IMG/VR virus record: IMGVR_UViG_3300042384_000211
Coordinates: 1-64,000 of that record
Length of the DNA stretch: 64,000 bases
Source: a virus
Strand: one strand, 5' to 3'
The position numbers were made by a program, and so were the translations under genes. This document shows, one piece after another, positions 8,491-17,865 of this stretch. The notes beneath the pieces were generated by a model. It had not been told where the DNA came from. It saw nothing but the letters and a program-made list of their open reading frames with translations, and did no database searches. How positions within the stretch are numbered: position 1 is the stretch's first letter; each line of letters begins with the position of its first letter.

Positions 8491-8900
8491 CTTGGTTTGG
8501 CTCCTATTACTGTTTTCATTGTACCTGAACTGTTTTCAATGTTGTTAAATTTAAGTTCGCAGTATTTTTGACTAACTTCGTCACCGCTATCATAACGATC
8601 TTTAAGACCTTTGGTAATGACAGCAAGTTCTGTGGTCATTGTTATTGTAGCTTTGTTCTCAGGAATACTTGCTGAATAGTTACGAAGTTCTATACTCTTA
8701 ACATAAACAGTGTCTACATAGGCTAACACTTCTTTAGTACCGCATTTAGTTACGCCCACTTGTGCTTGTGTATGGATTTGATTAACTAGACTATATTCGT
8801 TGCTGTCAAACTTAGCCATACGGTACGCATCAATTATTGTACTAATACTAGCACAACCTGATAATAGGACTACTAGACTAACTAAGGCCAAGCGTCTCAT
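8487..8900 (-). CDS. Lipoprotein in the lysis cassette
   Basis: Lipobox LLSGC after a basic, hydrophobic signal. Confidence 0.7.
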   Translation of the reverse strand: MRRLALVSLVVLLSGCASISTIIDAYRMAKFDSNEYSLVNQIHTQAQVGVTKCGTKEVLAYVDTVYVKSIELRNYSASIPENKATITMTTELAVITKGLKDRYDSGDEVSQKYCELKFNNIENSSGTMKTVIGAKPR

Positions 8901-9157
8901 TTAACTTCCTCGTAGATACGACGTTGTTCTTTATACCAAATGCCCCATGCTTCGTGTTTGGCCTGGCATTCATAGTAGGTGCTGTAGTTTTCACTTACAT
9001 TGCTCACAACATCACTTAGTTTGCTAGTGTCAGTTGGTAGCTGGGTAAGAACTGGACAATCTATAGCAAGTTCACTAGGAACGTCCGGAAACGGTGCTCG
9101 AACAGGCACCAGAGTTGAACAACCTGAGAGCAATAATACCGCTATTAGATATCTCAT
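8897..9157 (-). CDS. Putative o-spanin (Rz1-like lipoprotein)
   Basis: Lipobox LLSGC, Pro-rich segment, Cys pair; follows the Rz-like gene. Confidence 0.7.
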   Translation of the reverse strand: MRYLIAVLLLSGCSTLVPVRAPFPDVPSELAIDCPVLTQLPTDTSKLSDVVSNVSENYSTYYECQAKHEAWGIWYKEQRRIYEEVK

Positions 9158-9606
9158 TTAGTTTCCTCCTTGCTAGGACCTTCTGCGGCTTTGTTTAGTA
9201 TTTCAATAGCTTCTTTAGGCACTACACATTCACCGTTGATAATCTTTTCTTTCTCTACAATTTCTTTCTGTAGTTGGACCTGTACTTCTTTAATTTTTTT
9301 GATCTTAGTAACTACTTTAGTTTTGATCACTGTGTTTGTTTCTTGGCTTTTAACCACGGCCGCATCTACTTTGGCCTGTAATTCTGCGGCACGAGCACGC
9401 CACTGCATTTCAACTTCGTAGCCGCCTTTAAAATATACACCTGCCACTAACAGCATAATACCCACAACTTGTACTATTAATCGATAGGGTCTAAGGTAAC
9501 TAAAATTGAATACAAAGCCCAATAACGAAGCAATAACGCCAGCATAGAATACACAGTTAACAAACCCGTGTATAATACTATCTGGAATAAATGTCAATAA
9601 CCACAT
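9154..9606 (-). CDS. Putative i-spanin (Rz-like)
   Basis: N-terminal TM segments, coiled coil and C-terminal Cys; directly after the endolysin. Confidence 0.65.
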   Translation of the reverse strand: MWLLTFIPDSIIHGFVNCVFYAGVIASLLGFVFNFSYLRPYRLIVQVVGIMLLVAGVYFKGGYEVEMQWRARAAELQAKVDAAVVKSQETNTVIKTKVVTKIKKIKEVQVQLQKEIVEKEKIINGECVVPKEAIEILNKAAEGPSKEETK

Positions 9607-9607
9607 G

Positions 9608-10453
9608 TTATTCTCCTAGCATCTTACGAATAGTTGCCGGACCTACAATACCATCTGCTGTTAGGCCGTGTGCTGTTTGCCACGCTTTAACTGCCTTCTC
9701 TGTACCCGGACCAAACTTACCATCTGCTGTTTGTCCTAGAGCCTTTTGTACTGCTTTAACTGTGTCGTTATTGCTACCTACACGCACTGTTACGTACTCT
9801 GTAGCTGTAGCAGGTGCAGCATGCGACTCTGCTACGTGTCCGCCACCTAGTAAGTGTTTAGCTTCTTTGTAGTGCGTTGTACGGTCTTCTAAGCCAATTG
9901 TACCACCGTTAATACGTTTGGTCATCTTAACAATATCATCTGTGTCGCAGATAGCGTTTAAGCCATTTGTTTTCCAGAACCAGCATGCTGACTCGATAGC
10001 ACCATCTAATGTTTCTAAGTCTGCCACTGCTTCTTCTACAGTTAAGCCTACTGATTTAGCAAATTTAGTATAGTTGTCACGTCCTGTTAGTTGAATAGCA
10101 CCACGACCACAGAATTTAAATCCATCACCACTAGACTCTGGACCATTGCCCATACGTCCACCGTAGACTTTGTTAGCAATCTTTTCTGGTTGACGATGAT
10201 ATGGTTGAGCACTTGCTAGTGTAGGGAAGTATTTTTTAAAGATTTTGTTTAAACCCTCTGCTGAGTAGTTTAAGTTTTCTTTTAAGATTGTAAAGCCTGC
10301 CGACTCATGTCCGCATTGTGCTAGGAAACCTGCAGCACGATTAACTGTATTAATCTCGTACTTTTCAAATTGCTCTGTAAGTACTTCTGCTAGGTCTTCT
10401 GGATGCTTGTACTTTGGAAATATTGCTTTGATTATACCTGCTGTAATTTTCAT
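9608..10453 (-). CDS. Endolysin: GH19 chitinase/lysozyme-like domain plus peptidoglycan-binding domain
   Basis: FLAQCGHES, ENLNYS, GRGAIQLTG, INGG motifs; C-terminal ADGKFGPGT/ADGIVGPAT PG-binding repeats. Confidence 0.9.
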   Translation of the reverse strand: MKITAGIIKAIFPKYKHPEDLAEVLTEQFEKYEINTVNRAAGFLAQCGHESAGFTILKENLNYSAEGLNKIFKKYFPTLASAQPYHRQPEKIANKVYGGRMGNGPESSGDGFKFCGRGAIQLTGRDNYTKFAKSVGLTVEEAVADLETLDGAIESACWFWKTNGLNAICDTDDIVKMTKRINGGTIGLEDRTTHYKEAKHLLGGGHVAESHAAPATATEYVTVRVGSNNDTVKAVQKALGQTADGKFGPGTEKAVKAWQTAHGLTADGIVGPATIRKMLGE

Positions 10454-10474
10454 TGTTGAAGGTCCTTTAATTTA

Positions 10475-11032
10475 TTATCTTAATCCTGCTGCTATTCTTA
10501 AACTTTCAGTAAATTCATTCTTAGGTGCAGTTGTAGTGACTTCCACACCTGCGGCTGTTTTAAGAGCATCCAATTCCTCTGTGTCTTTTTGGTATTTTCT
10601 ATTGTATGCTTCTGGAGTCAAAGGAATAACTCTTGCCAGCGTTTCTTTGGTTAAATCATAATCGGTAAGACTTTTTTGATACCTAACACGCCAATCGGTT
10701 AGTTCTTGCTTAGTTAAGTTCATTAGATCCTGCATAATTTCAATGATATATTCAGGTAATTCAGGAGTACGATCTAATTCAACAAATACCAAATAGTCTC
10801 CGCCTTCTTTTTCGCCTGAGCTAACATCAGCATCTAATACATAATCATAACCTTTTTCGACAAAACTTACCAGATCTAGACTGGGTTCTTTACCAGATAC
10901 CTTAAAGCTAATCACTGCTACATCAGCATCATCACCCATCTTACTTTTATATTCGTCGATGTGTAGTTCTGCATGTACTAGGCGATTTAGATCGCCCATT
11001 TCTAAATTTTCGTTAAGCTGTGGTTTGTTCAT
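10475..11032 (-). CDS. Hypothetical phage protein; probable start MNKPQLNE at 11032
   Basis: ORF-track frame; the shorter start reduces overlap with the upstream gene. Confidence 0.7.
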   Translation of the reverse strand: MNKPQLNENLEMGDLNRLVHAELHIDEYKSKMGDDADVAVISFKVSGKEPSLDLVSFVEKGYDYVLDADVSSGEKEGGDYLVFVELDRTPELPEYIIEIMQDLMNLTKQELTDWRVRYQKSLTDYDLTKETLARVIPLTPEAYNRKYQKDTEELDALKTAAGVEVTTTAPKNEFTESLRIAAGLR

Positions 11033-11543
11033 TTTCTTGCTCTGAATCATAATTTGCTGTATCATCGGTGCCTTCTTCGTAGGCCTGTTCAATATCTTCT
11101 AAATCAAGTGTAGCACTTTCTAATTCTAAACTACCTTGTTGAATTTCTTGCATTAATTTTTTAGGCATAACAATTTTAACTAACCAAACTGGCTTTTTAG
11201 CCATCTTAGGCATTTTAGTTCCATCTTCAAAGTCATCTGGACTTTTAATGTCAACTGGATATTCAAGGGTATCTTTGCTGTAATATACTTCACAGTCATA
11301 ACTAAGCAAACGTTCTCCGCCTCGGGGATCAGGCATAAGTTTATAAGGCCACATAAACGTACAGTTTACAAAATATTTTTCGTAAATTGGGCCTTCTACT
11401 AGTTCGCCCTCTTTCCAGTGGGCAAATACATATAAGTCTAATTCGTCTAATACACGTTCAAAGTCTAGTAGAGAGTCAAGACTACTATCCGCCATGAATA
11501 TGTCTTTGGTATTGTTAATAATATCTGAAATTGGTTTTGCCAT
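11013..11543 (-). CDS. Hypothetical phage protein
   Basis: 176 aa acidic ORF with a TAAATA motif upstream. Confidence 0.75.
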   Translation of the reverse strand: MAKPISDIINNTKDIFMADSSLDSLLDFERVLDELDLYVFAHWKEGELVEGPIYEKYFVNCTFMWPYKLMPDPRGGERLLSYDCEVYYSKDTLEYPVDIKSPDDFEDGTKMPKMAKKPVWLVKIVMPKKLMQEIQQGSLELESATLDLEDIEQAYEEGTDDTANYDSEQENEQTTA

Positions 11544-11572
11544 AGTTTTAGGTTCTTTATGTTATTTATCTA

Positions 11573-12307
11573 TTAGATGTACAGTCTAGCTTTCAAAAAA
11601 TCAGCAAGATAGTCTGCTACTATATTAGTTCCTTGTGGAGTAGTATGATGGCGAGTAAAAAGATCATCGTGTTCTTGCCAAACTCTCATCTTTTTCTGTG
11701 TTTGTGCGATAATTTCTAGCACAACACTAGGAACATCTTTATAATTTTTATTATTTTTTGTTAAGAACCTAACAACCCATGCAATATATGTGTCATCAAA
11801 ATAATAACAATCTTGATAATCGGGTACTAAAATTTCCGTCGAACTTTTTTTAGTATATATTAAATTAAATTCTTCAGCTAACTGAGTGTTGAGTTTACTG
11901 CAACCACCATGCAATATTATTTTTGCATTTGTCTGATTATTTAATTCTTTTAATTTAGTATAATGATTTATTAGTAGGTAGTGATAGATCTGTGCCATAT
12001 CCATGGTGGTATCGAGAGTTAATTGATTATCATCAATTTTTTGACTTTTATTTCGATGCCACGGAACAAATACGTTTCTTAACGGGTCTGTCTGCAGAAC
12101 AATAACAATATCATCGCTAGACAGTTCTTTTAATTTACTATGTAGGTTATTTAAAATTGTAAAGTTACTAAGTCCACGTTCACAGTGATTTATTACAGTT
12201 GTTTGAATTCTATTGGATAGATAACCTGCCAGATCGACCCCATCGAACTCATCCCGCACTGCGCATTTGTAACTATAGCCCCAACTATCACCAAAAATAT
12301 GAATCAT
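11573..12307 (-). CDS. SGNH/GDSL hydrolase-like protein
   Basis: N-terminal FGDSW, G.SN block and C-terminal HxT..G motif. Confidence 0.6.
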   Translation of the reverse strand: MIHIFGDSWGYSYKCAVRDEFDGVDLAGYLSNRIQTTVINHCERGLSNFTILNNLHSKLKELSSDDIVIVLQTDPLRNVFVPWHRNKSQKIDDNQLTLDTTMDMAQIYHYLLINHYTKLKELNNQTNAKIILHGGCSKLNTQLAEEFNLIYTKKSSTEILVPDYQDCYYFDDTYIAWVVRFLTKNNKNYKDVPSVVLEIIAQTQKKMRVWQEHDDLFTRHHTTPQGTNIVADYLADFLKARLYI

Positions 12308-12954
12308 TTAAGTCCTCTAGAACTCTTGGGTTGTATACCATGCCATACCTGCTGGTCTAACCAATATTCATCTACATGTTTAACATACTTGCTATTAGGG
12401 TCTTCCGTAATAAATTTAAGTATAGTGGGATTGTTGTAGTCTACGGGGAATTTTAGTAGATTACTGGCCCATTTTAAATAGTGATGTTTATGTAGGAAAA
12501 ATGCTTCATTATCTAAGAAATGCACCGGAAAATCGCTGGTTAGTAGGTGATTATAGTAGTATTCTTGTGCTATCGGTAAGGTCACTTCCTTACGTACACG
12601 TAACTGTTGTTCTACTTGAATATTTTGATCACGAACAATAATAGCAATCGTAACTTCTACTCCTAGTGACCTGGCTTGTTGAGCCATTTCTAAGATTTTA
12701 GGAGTTTGTCTAACTCCGTCATAGACAAATGGAACACTGACATTGGCCAACCAGTAATCATATCCGTCAAATGCAGCTGCTGTCAATCGTTCAGGATATA
12801 CCCAATACTCGGCAAACGGTTCTAAATCACTAGGCACCCAATATTCATCTAATAGTTGTTTCCAACCTCCCACTTGCGGATGTGTACTAAACACCCGACT
12901 AAACAAATGATTGCCCGATCCTTGCGGGCCTGTAATAATTAAAAGTTTTTTCAT
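12304..12954 (-). CDS. P-loop kinase/sulfotransferase-like protein (paralogue 3)
   Basis: ITGPQGSGNHLFS motif shared with two upstream paralogues. Confidence 0.6.
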   Translation of the reverse strand: MKKLLIITGPQGSGNHLFSRVFSTHPQVGGWKQLLDEYWVPSDLEPFAEYWVYPERLTAAAFDGYDYWLANVSVPFVYDGVRQTPKILEMAQQARSLGVEVTIAIIVRDQNIQVEQQLRVRKEVTLPIAQEYYYNHLLTSDFPVHFLDNEAFFLHKHHYLKWASNLLKFPVDYNNPTILKFITEDPNSKYVKHVDEYWLDQQVWHGIQPKSSRGLK

Positions 12955-13586
12955 GGTTTGGTTTTGAATGTCACTCCTAACTTGTTTCCATTATCTAATT
13001 CGTTGTGTTCTATGCCATGTATATATTTGGCATTAGCATCGTCTTCGAGTATGCTATCTAATCCGGGATCATTCCATGCAACAGGAATACTAAACGACAG
13101 AGTTTTAAGATAATCACAACGATACAAATACAGCAATTCATAACTTAGGAACGTTGGATTGGGTATAGTCTTTAATTGTTCTAAAAACATAAGCAATGTC
13201 GACTGTGTACGAATACGTGTTTGTTGATTATATAAGATAGTTTGATCGCGACCTATCACAGCAAATTCTACATCGACTCCACAGTCCTTTACTGCATTAG
13301 CAAAAGACATGACATTAGGGTTCCATACAGGATTTACGCCACTACCAATAATACCCAATGGACAGCTAATACTAGTAAAGTAGTAGTCACTTTGTTGCCA
13401 ATTAAATTCTTTTAATAAACTAGGATCACGCCAATACTGTGCAAAGGGTTCCGCAAAACGATGTGCTTCCCAATAATTTTCTAATAGTGTTTTCCACCCG
13501 TATACTTCCGGATGTAAGCTGAATATTTTACTCCATAAATGGTTGCCACTACCTTGTGGTCCTGTAATAATTAATAATTTCTTCAT
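12951..13586 (-). CDS. P-loop kinase/sulfotransferase-like protein (paralogue 2)
   Basis: ITGPQGSGNHLWSKIFSLHP motif. Confidence 0.6.
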   Translation of the reverse strand: MKKLLIITGPQGSGNHLWSKIFSLHPEVYGWKTLLENYWEAHRFAEPFAQYWRDPSLLKEFNWQQSDYYFTSISCPLGIIGSGVNPVWNPNVMSFANAVKDCGVDVEFAVIGRDQTILYNQQTRIRTQSTLLMFLEQLKTIPNPTFLSYELLYLYRCDYLKTLSFSIPVAWNDPGLDSILEDDANAKYIHGIEHNELDNGNKLGVTFKTKP

Positions 13587-14227
13587 GGTTTTTTCGTAAA
13601 TGTTACACCTAATTTATTGCCATTGTCTAATTCATTGTATTCGATACTATGTATATATTTCTCGTTAGCATCATCAGCAAGAATTTCACCAAGTCTAAGA
13701 TCATCCCAGGCTATGGGTATATTTAATTTTAAACTTTTTAAATATTCTTGTTTATATAAGTATAATAATTCATAACTTAGAAATGTTGGGTTTTGTAGTG
13801 TAGGTAACTGAGACAAAAATATAGATAATGTAGTTTCTTCACGAACACGATTTTGTTGATGTTGTAATATATTTTGATCACGCCCTATTACTGCAATTTC
13901 AACTTCTACACCTTGTTCTAATACAGTTCTGGTAAATCCCATGATATCAGCAGTCCACTGAACCCGATCGTTATCTTCAGTGAATCGATATCCTATTGGT
14001 AAACTAATACTAGTAAAGTAGTAGTCACTTTGTTGCCAATCAAACTCTTTAAGTAATTCATGATTACGCCACTGCGTACGGAATGGTTCCGAATGACGAT
14101 GTGACTCCCAATAGTTGTCTAATAGAGTTTTCCACCCGTAGACCGCTGGGTGTAGACTAAAAATTTTACTCCATAAATGGTTGCCAGAGCCTTGCGGACC
14201 AGTCAATATTAACATCTTCTTAGCCAT
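13583..14227 (-). CDS. P-loop kinase/sulfotransferase-like protein (paralogue 1)
   Basis: LTGPQGSGNHLWSKIFSLHP motif; very similar to 12951-13586. Confidence 0.6.
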   Translation of the reverse strand: MAKKMLILTGPQGSGNHLWSKIFSLHPAVYGWKTLLDNYWESHRHSEPFRTQWRNHELLKEFDWQQSDYYFTSISLPIGYRFTEDNDRVQWTADIMGFTRTVLEQGVEVEIAVIGRDQNILQHQQNRVREETTLSIFLSQLPTLQNPTFLSYELLYLYKQEYLKSLKLNIPIAWDDLRLGEILADDANEKYIHSIEYNELDNGNKLGVTFTKKP

Positions 14228-14759
14228 ATAATACCTTTGCTAGATCGTCCAGCAATATTCCCTCAGTCCGCTCCGGATGCCACACCAAGCCCCATATAGG
14301 TAAGTGACTGTGTTTAAATGCTTCAATAGTGCCATCGTGTGGACAAGTTGCCACGGGCATTAAGTCAATTCCTAATTTGCCAATACTATTAGTATGATGA
14401 CTGTTTACGTAGTTTATATTACCGTCGATTTCAATTTCGTGTGCAGTATTGTCGTGCCCATCAATAGGCAGGTTGATGCCGCTATGAAATTCATTAATGA
14501 AAAATGCACCGTGACATACTCCTAGTATGGGTATTCCCTTCAATAGGGCAATATTATAGTACATTGTTTCTGTATGTGTACGGTTTGGGGTTGCATCGCC
14601 ACCCGACAGAATTAACATGTCGAAATCAAGAGGAATATTCGATACATTGGGTATAGGCTCTATATCGCAGTGATTTAATAACCCATACCAACCATGTTCT
14701 AAACAGTCATAGGTGATGTTATTGTGTACTATTTCACGTTGTGAGATTGCTATTTTCAT
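14220..14759 (-). CDS. Class I glutamine amidotransferase / peptidase C26 (gamma-glutamyl hydrolase-like)
   Basis: ILSGG, PILGVCHG (nucleophile Cys), VNSHH and WHPE motifs. Confidence 0.85.
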   Translation of the reverse strand: MKIAISQREIVHNNITYDCLEHGWYGLLNHCDIEPIPNVSNIPLDFDMLILSGGDATPNRTHTETMYYNIALLKGIPILGVCHGAFFINEFHSGINLPIDGHDNTAHEIEIDGNINYVNSHHTNSIGKLGIDLMPVATCPHDGTIEAFKHSHLPIWGLVWHPERTEGILLDDLAKVLYG

Positions 14760-14986
14760 TTGTAATAAGCGAAGTAGATTAATCCAGCAATAATCATAAA
14801 GATCTGCGGCAGAAAATTAGTGATTAAACTTTTTTCGTTCCACTTAAATCCTACGTAGACCCAACCGCAGGCACCAACAATTTGTAATAAGCTGTTCCAA
14901 GGAGTAATACCTAAAATATGCAAGGGCATAGCACATAAAATCATTGTTGCTGAAAACCATTTGACTATCTTTGTATAATCTTTCAT
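14756..14986 (-). CDS. Small membrane protein (about 3 TM)
   Basis: 76 aa, hydrophobic segments. Confidence 0.7.
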   Translation of the reverse strand: MKDYTKIVKWFSATMILCAMPLHILGITPWNSLLQIVGACGWVYVGFKWNEKSLITNFLPQIFMIIAGLIYFAYYK

Positions 14987-15001
14987 TAAAATCCTAGAGG
15001 T

Positions 15002-15025
15002 AAAAAAAGGGACCTAAGTCCCTTT
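15002..15025 (-). terminator. Intrinsic terminator after the ferritin-like gene
   Basis: AAAGGGAC-ttag-GTCCC followed by a T7 run on the minus strand. Confidence 0.75.
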
Positions 15026-15053
15026 AGTTTGAAACTTATACAATTAATTATGC

Positions 15054-15743
15054 TTAGTGAGCAGCATCCATTAATTTTACAGCTTCTGGTGTAGCAGTTG
15101 TGTTCATGCAAGAAATAGCAAACAAATCCATACGCATTGTACGTGCAATTTCTTCAATGCGAGCTTGTGTATCAGCATCAGTTGCTAACAACTCTAATGC
15201 ATGACGACCAATGTTGCTGTGGAAGCCTTCATCTTTAGCAATCTTAGCGTAGGTTGTTGAAATATATTCATCTTTAATACATTCAGCCATTTTGTTCCAT
15301 ACACGTTCCGCACGACCTTCAGCAATGAATTGGTAAGCAGCTAGTGCTAGTGGATCGTTTTGTGCTTCGTACTTAGCTAATAGAGCAGCACCTTTAGCTG
15401 TTGGTTTAGCCGCTTCTGCAGCAATTGCAGCTTCAACGTCAACTTTCTCGCCAGTGATGTGTTCAATAACTTCTTTAACCATACGGAAGTGATTAGCTTC
15501 GTCTAATGCTTGTTTACTTAATAGTGCTAGTGTTTCTACTGATGTATCAGCAGGTGCATTAGCAACTTTAGTTGAGATTTCAACCATGTTCATACGTTCG
15601 TTAACCATACGACCAGTAAAGTGTTCTACTAGAGCTTCTTGGCTAGGATTACTAGCAAAGTATGCTTCAACGTTCATTTCACTTGCTTGAAATAGTGCTT
15701 CATTGTCTTGTGCTAGTTTAGCAACAAATTGTTTTGAGTTCAT
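15054..15743 (-). CDS. Ferritin-like di-iron carboxylate protein
   Basis: Four-helix ligand pattern: E (VNE), DEANH, E (AEG), DEGFH. Confidence 0.75.
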   Translation of the reverse strand: MNSKQFVAKLAQDNEALFQASEMNVEAYFASNPSQEALVEHFTGRMVNERMNMVEISTKVANAPADTSVETLALLSKQALDEANHFRMVKEVIEHITGEKVDVEAAIAAEAAKPTAKGAALLAKYEAQNDPLALAAYQFIAEGRAERVWNKMAECIKDEYISTTYAKIAKDEGFHSNIGRHALELLATDADTQARIEEIARTMRMDLFAISCMNTTATPEAVKLMDAAH

Positions 15744-15764
15744 TATATTTTCCTTTTAATAACG

Positions 15765-16349
15765 TTATTTTTTAATCAATGTAACTAGTATATCTGGCCA
15801 GACGTTAGTTACCTTGACATCTGCGTCGAAGTTTTCTTTAACCCACCCGGATGTAAAGTACTCCCACTTACAGTTATTTATCATTGCAAATTCTAATATG
15901 GCTTTGTTCTGTGCTGAAATTTCAGCCAACATACCCACGCTGTCCTTATACGCATCGTAACAAGGATACTTAATCTGAAATCCGCCAGCTTCGTGCCACC
16001 AAGCAAAACTGCTCATGTCTGGTCGATAAACTAACATAATCCAAATATCTTTTATCATACTAACATTATTTAATTGATATGCCCAGTCGTGGCTTTTAAC
16101 TAATTTGCATCCGCCGGGCTCAGTCCATGCAGTGTCGATATAGTCTGTATCTAAAATGGTGCTGAATTCCATATTGCGACCAAAATATGCACCTTTATGT
16201 CCTGTATAACTATGATGGTCATACTCTCGAGCAGGAGTTCGATCACTAGTATTCATTCCGGGTATGGTTTCGATAATCTGCGCTATGCCGCTCCATCGAC
16301 TTCCGGGCACCCCGGTAAAAAATATATAATTAGGTAAGAGTGTTGACAT
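15765..16349 (-). CDS. P-loop/sulfotransferase-like protein
   Basis: FTGVPGSRWSG, KSH and YRPD motifs. Confidence 0.55.
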   Translation of the reverse strand: MSTLLPNYIFFTGVPGSRWSGIAQIIETIPGMNTSDRTPAREYDHHSYTGHKGAYFGRNMEFSTILDTDYIDTAWTEPGGCKLVKSHDWAYQLNNVSMIKDIWIMLVYRPDMSSFAWWHEAGGFQIKYPCYDAYKDSVGMLAEISAQNKAILEFAMINNCKWEYFTSGWVKENFDADVKVTNVWPDILVTLIKK

Positions 16350-17220
16350 ATAATTTTTTTAAATCTTCTGTATTTATTGGAAATACGTTTAAGTTGTAAC
16401 ATCGAAGTTCTATATTGTGTAATCTTAAAAAATACTGTACAAGTGCTTCGTCGGCAAGGGTTAAATTTTTATCATGCCAGCTATAAAATCTGTTATTTAA
16501 AAGACTATCAATAATTTTAAAAATTAAATCATCCTTAAATATATGATGTTGATTTTCTAACCAAGTAGAATGTATATAATCAAGAGTTTCAATTCTAATA
16601 GGAGTAATTTCGCAATAATTTAATAAACTGCAAATAGTATTATTGAAATTATTTTTAAAGTCTTCTAAAGTTATTATATGTAGTACATTATTTAAATTTT
16701 CATAATTATCAAGAATATCTTCTAAATCAACTTCTGCTAAATGTTGTTCGTACATAAAAAACGATAAAAATTCTCTGAATTCCCACCTATCTAATTGATC
16801 ATAACTATCACACGACTTCCATTTTCTAATGTTTTTATTCATTTGATCATCGGTTGTAATAGACCAAAAACGGTCGCCCCATATTTTTTCTAATTTGTTA
16901 TTTATATTCCAAGCAAATGTATCTTTAGTTGGAATTATAAGTACAGTTTTTTTAAAGTGGCGACTAATTAATTTTAAATTATCTACCACATTTTCCTGAG
17001 CAAGCATTTTAGGATGACATCTAACAAATGAAAATTCTTTATCAGAATGTATGTATTCTAACCAGCATTCAACAAGGTGATTGCCGTTGAATAAATGAGC
17101 ACTTCCTACTTTTGTAAAAGGTAAGTCTGTGGGAAAGGAAGGGTCACTAAAATAATTTAAACACCATTCTGTAAAGGTGCCATAACAACCGCCGCTAAAT
17201 ACAATACAAAGATTTTTCAT
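16330..17220 (-). CDS. Hypothetical protein, possibly sulfotransferase-fold; probable start MKNLCIVF at 17220
   Basis: FSGGCYGTF N-terminal loop; very AT-rich; a longer start would overlap the divergent gene. Confidence 0.6.
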   Translation of the reverse strand: MKNLCIVFSGGCYGTFTEWCLNYFSDPSFPTDLPFTKVGSAHLFNGNHLVECWLEYIHSDKEFSFVRCHPKMLAQENVVDNLKLISRHFKKTVLIIPTKDTFAWNINNKLEKIWGDRFWSITTDDQMNKNIRKWKSCDSYDQLDRWEFREFLSFFMYEQHLAEVDLEDILDNYENLNNVLHIITLEDFKNNFNNTICSLLNYCEITPIRIETLDYIHSTWLENQHHIFKDDLIFKIIDSLLNNRFYSWHDKNLTLADEALVQYFLRLHNIELRCYNLNVFPINTEDLKKLYVNTLT

Positions 17221-17234
17221 AATATAATGTATAT

Positions 17235-17762
17235 ATGCCTCAACCTCAATTAAACAAATATTTTTCAACATTCTGGCAGAGTAATTTTGATCGCTACATT
17301 TATTCTGGGTGGGCATTAGTAGACAAGATTGTTCCCGGAGAAGCAGTTTTAGATGTTGGATGTGGATTTAATGAGTTTAAAAATAGTATTGTTAATCTTA
17401 TAGGCATTGATCCAGCAAACGATCAAGCCGATATTAAAGTGCCTATTGAAGAATATAAATCTACAAATAAATTTGATGTAGCTTTTTGTTTAGGTAGCAT
17501 TAATTTTGGCAACGAAGAAACAATACTAAATCAAATTAACTGCGTGGTCGATTGTCTCAAACCCAATGCACGTATCTATTGGCGATGTAATCCGGGATTA
17601 GCAGATCACAACAATAAAGAATGCAACAATATAGACTTTTATCCCTGGACTATTGCTAAACATGCAGAGTTTGCTGAAAAGTTTGGGTTTAGGGTAAATG
17701 TTGCACGTTGGGATACCCATAATAGGATCTATGCAGAGTGGTGCAGACAGTCTAATACTTAG
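17235..17762 (+). CDS. Class I SAM-dependent methyltransferase
   Basis: VLDVGCG motif I, GID, FDVAFCLGSINF. Confidence 0.85.
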   Translation: MPQPQLNKYFSTFWQSNFDRYIYSGWALVDKIVPGEAVLDVGCGFNEFKNSIVNLIGIDPANDQADIKVPIEEYKSTNKFDVAFCLGSINFGNEETILNQINCVVDCLKPNARIYWRCNPGLADHNNKECNNIDFYPWTIAKHAEFAEKFGFRVNVARWDTHNRIYAEWCRQSNT

Positions 17763-17865
17763 CCTAGATCTTTTCGACTTAACTGCTCACTTTCAAAACT
17801 TTTTTTGCTCTTAAATATTTGTGTAGATGCTTATAATCTACAACACACTTTAAAGGAGCATTAAC

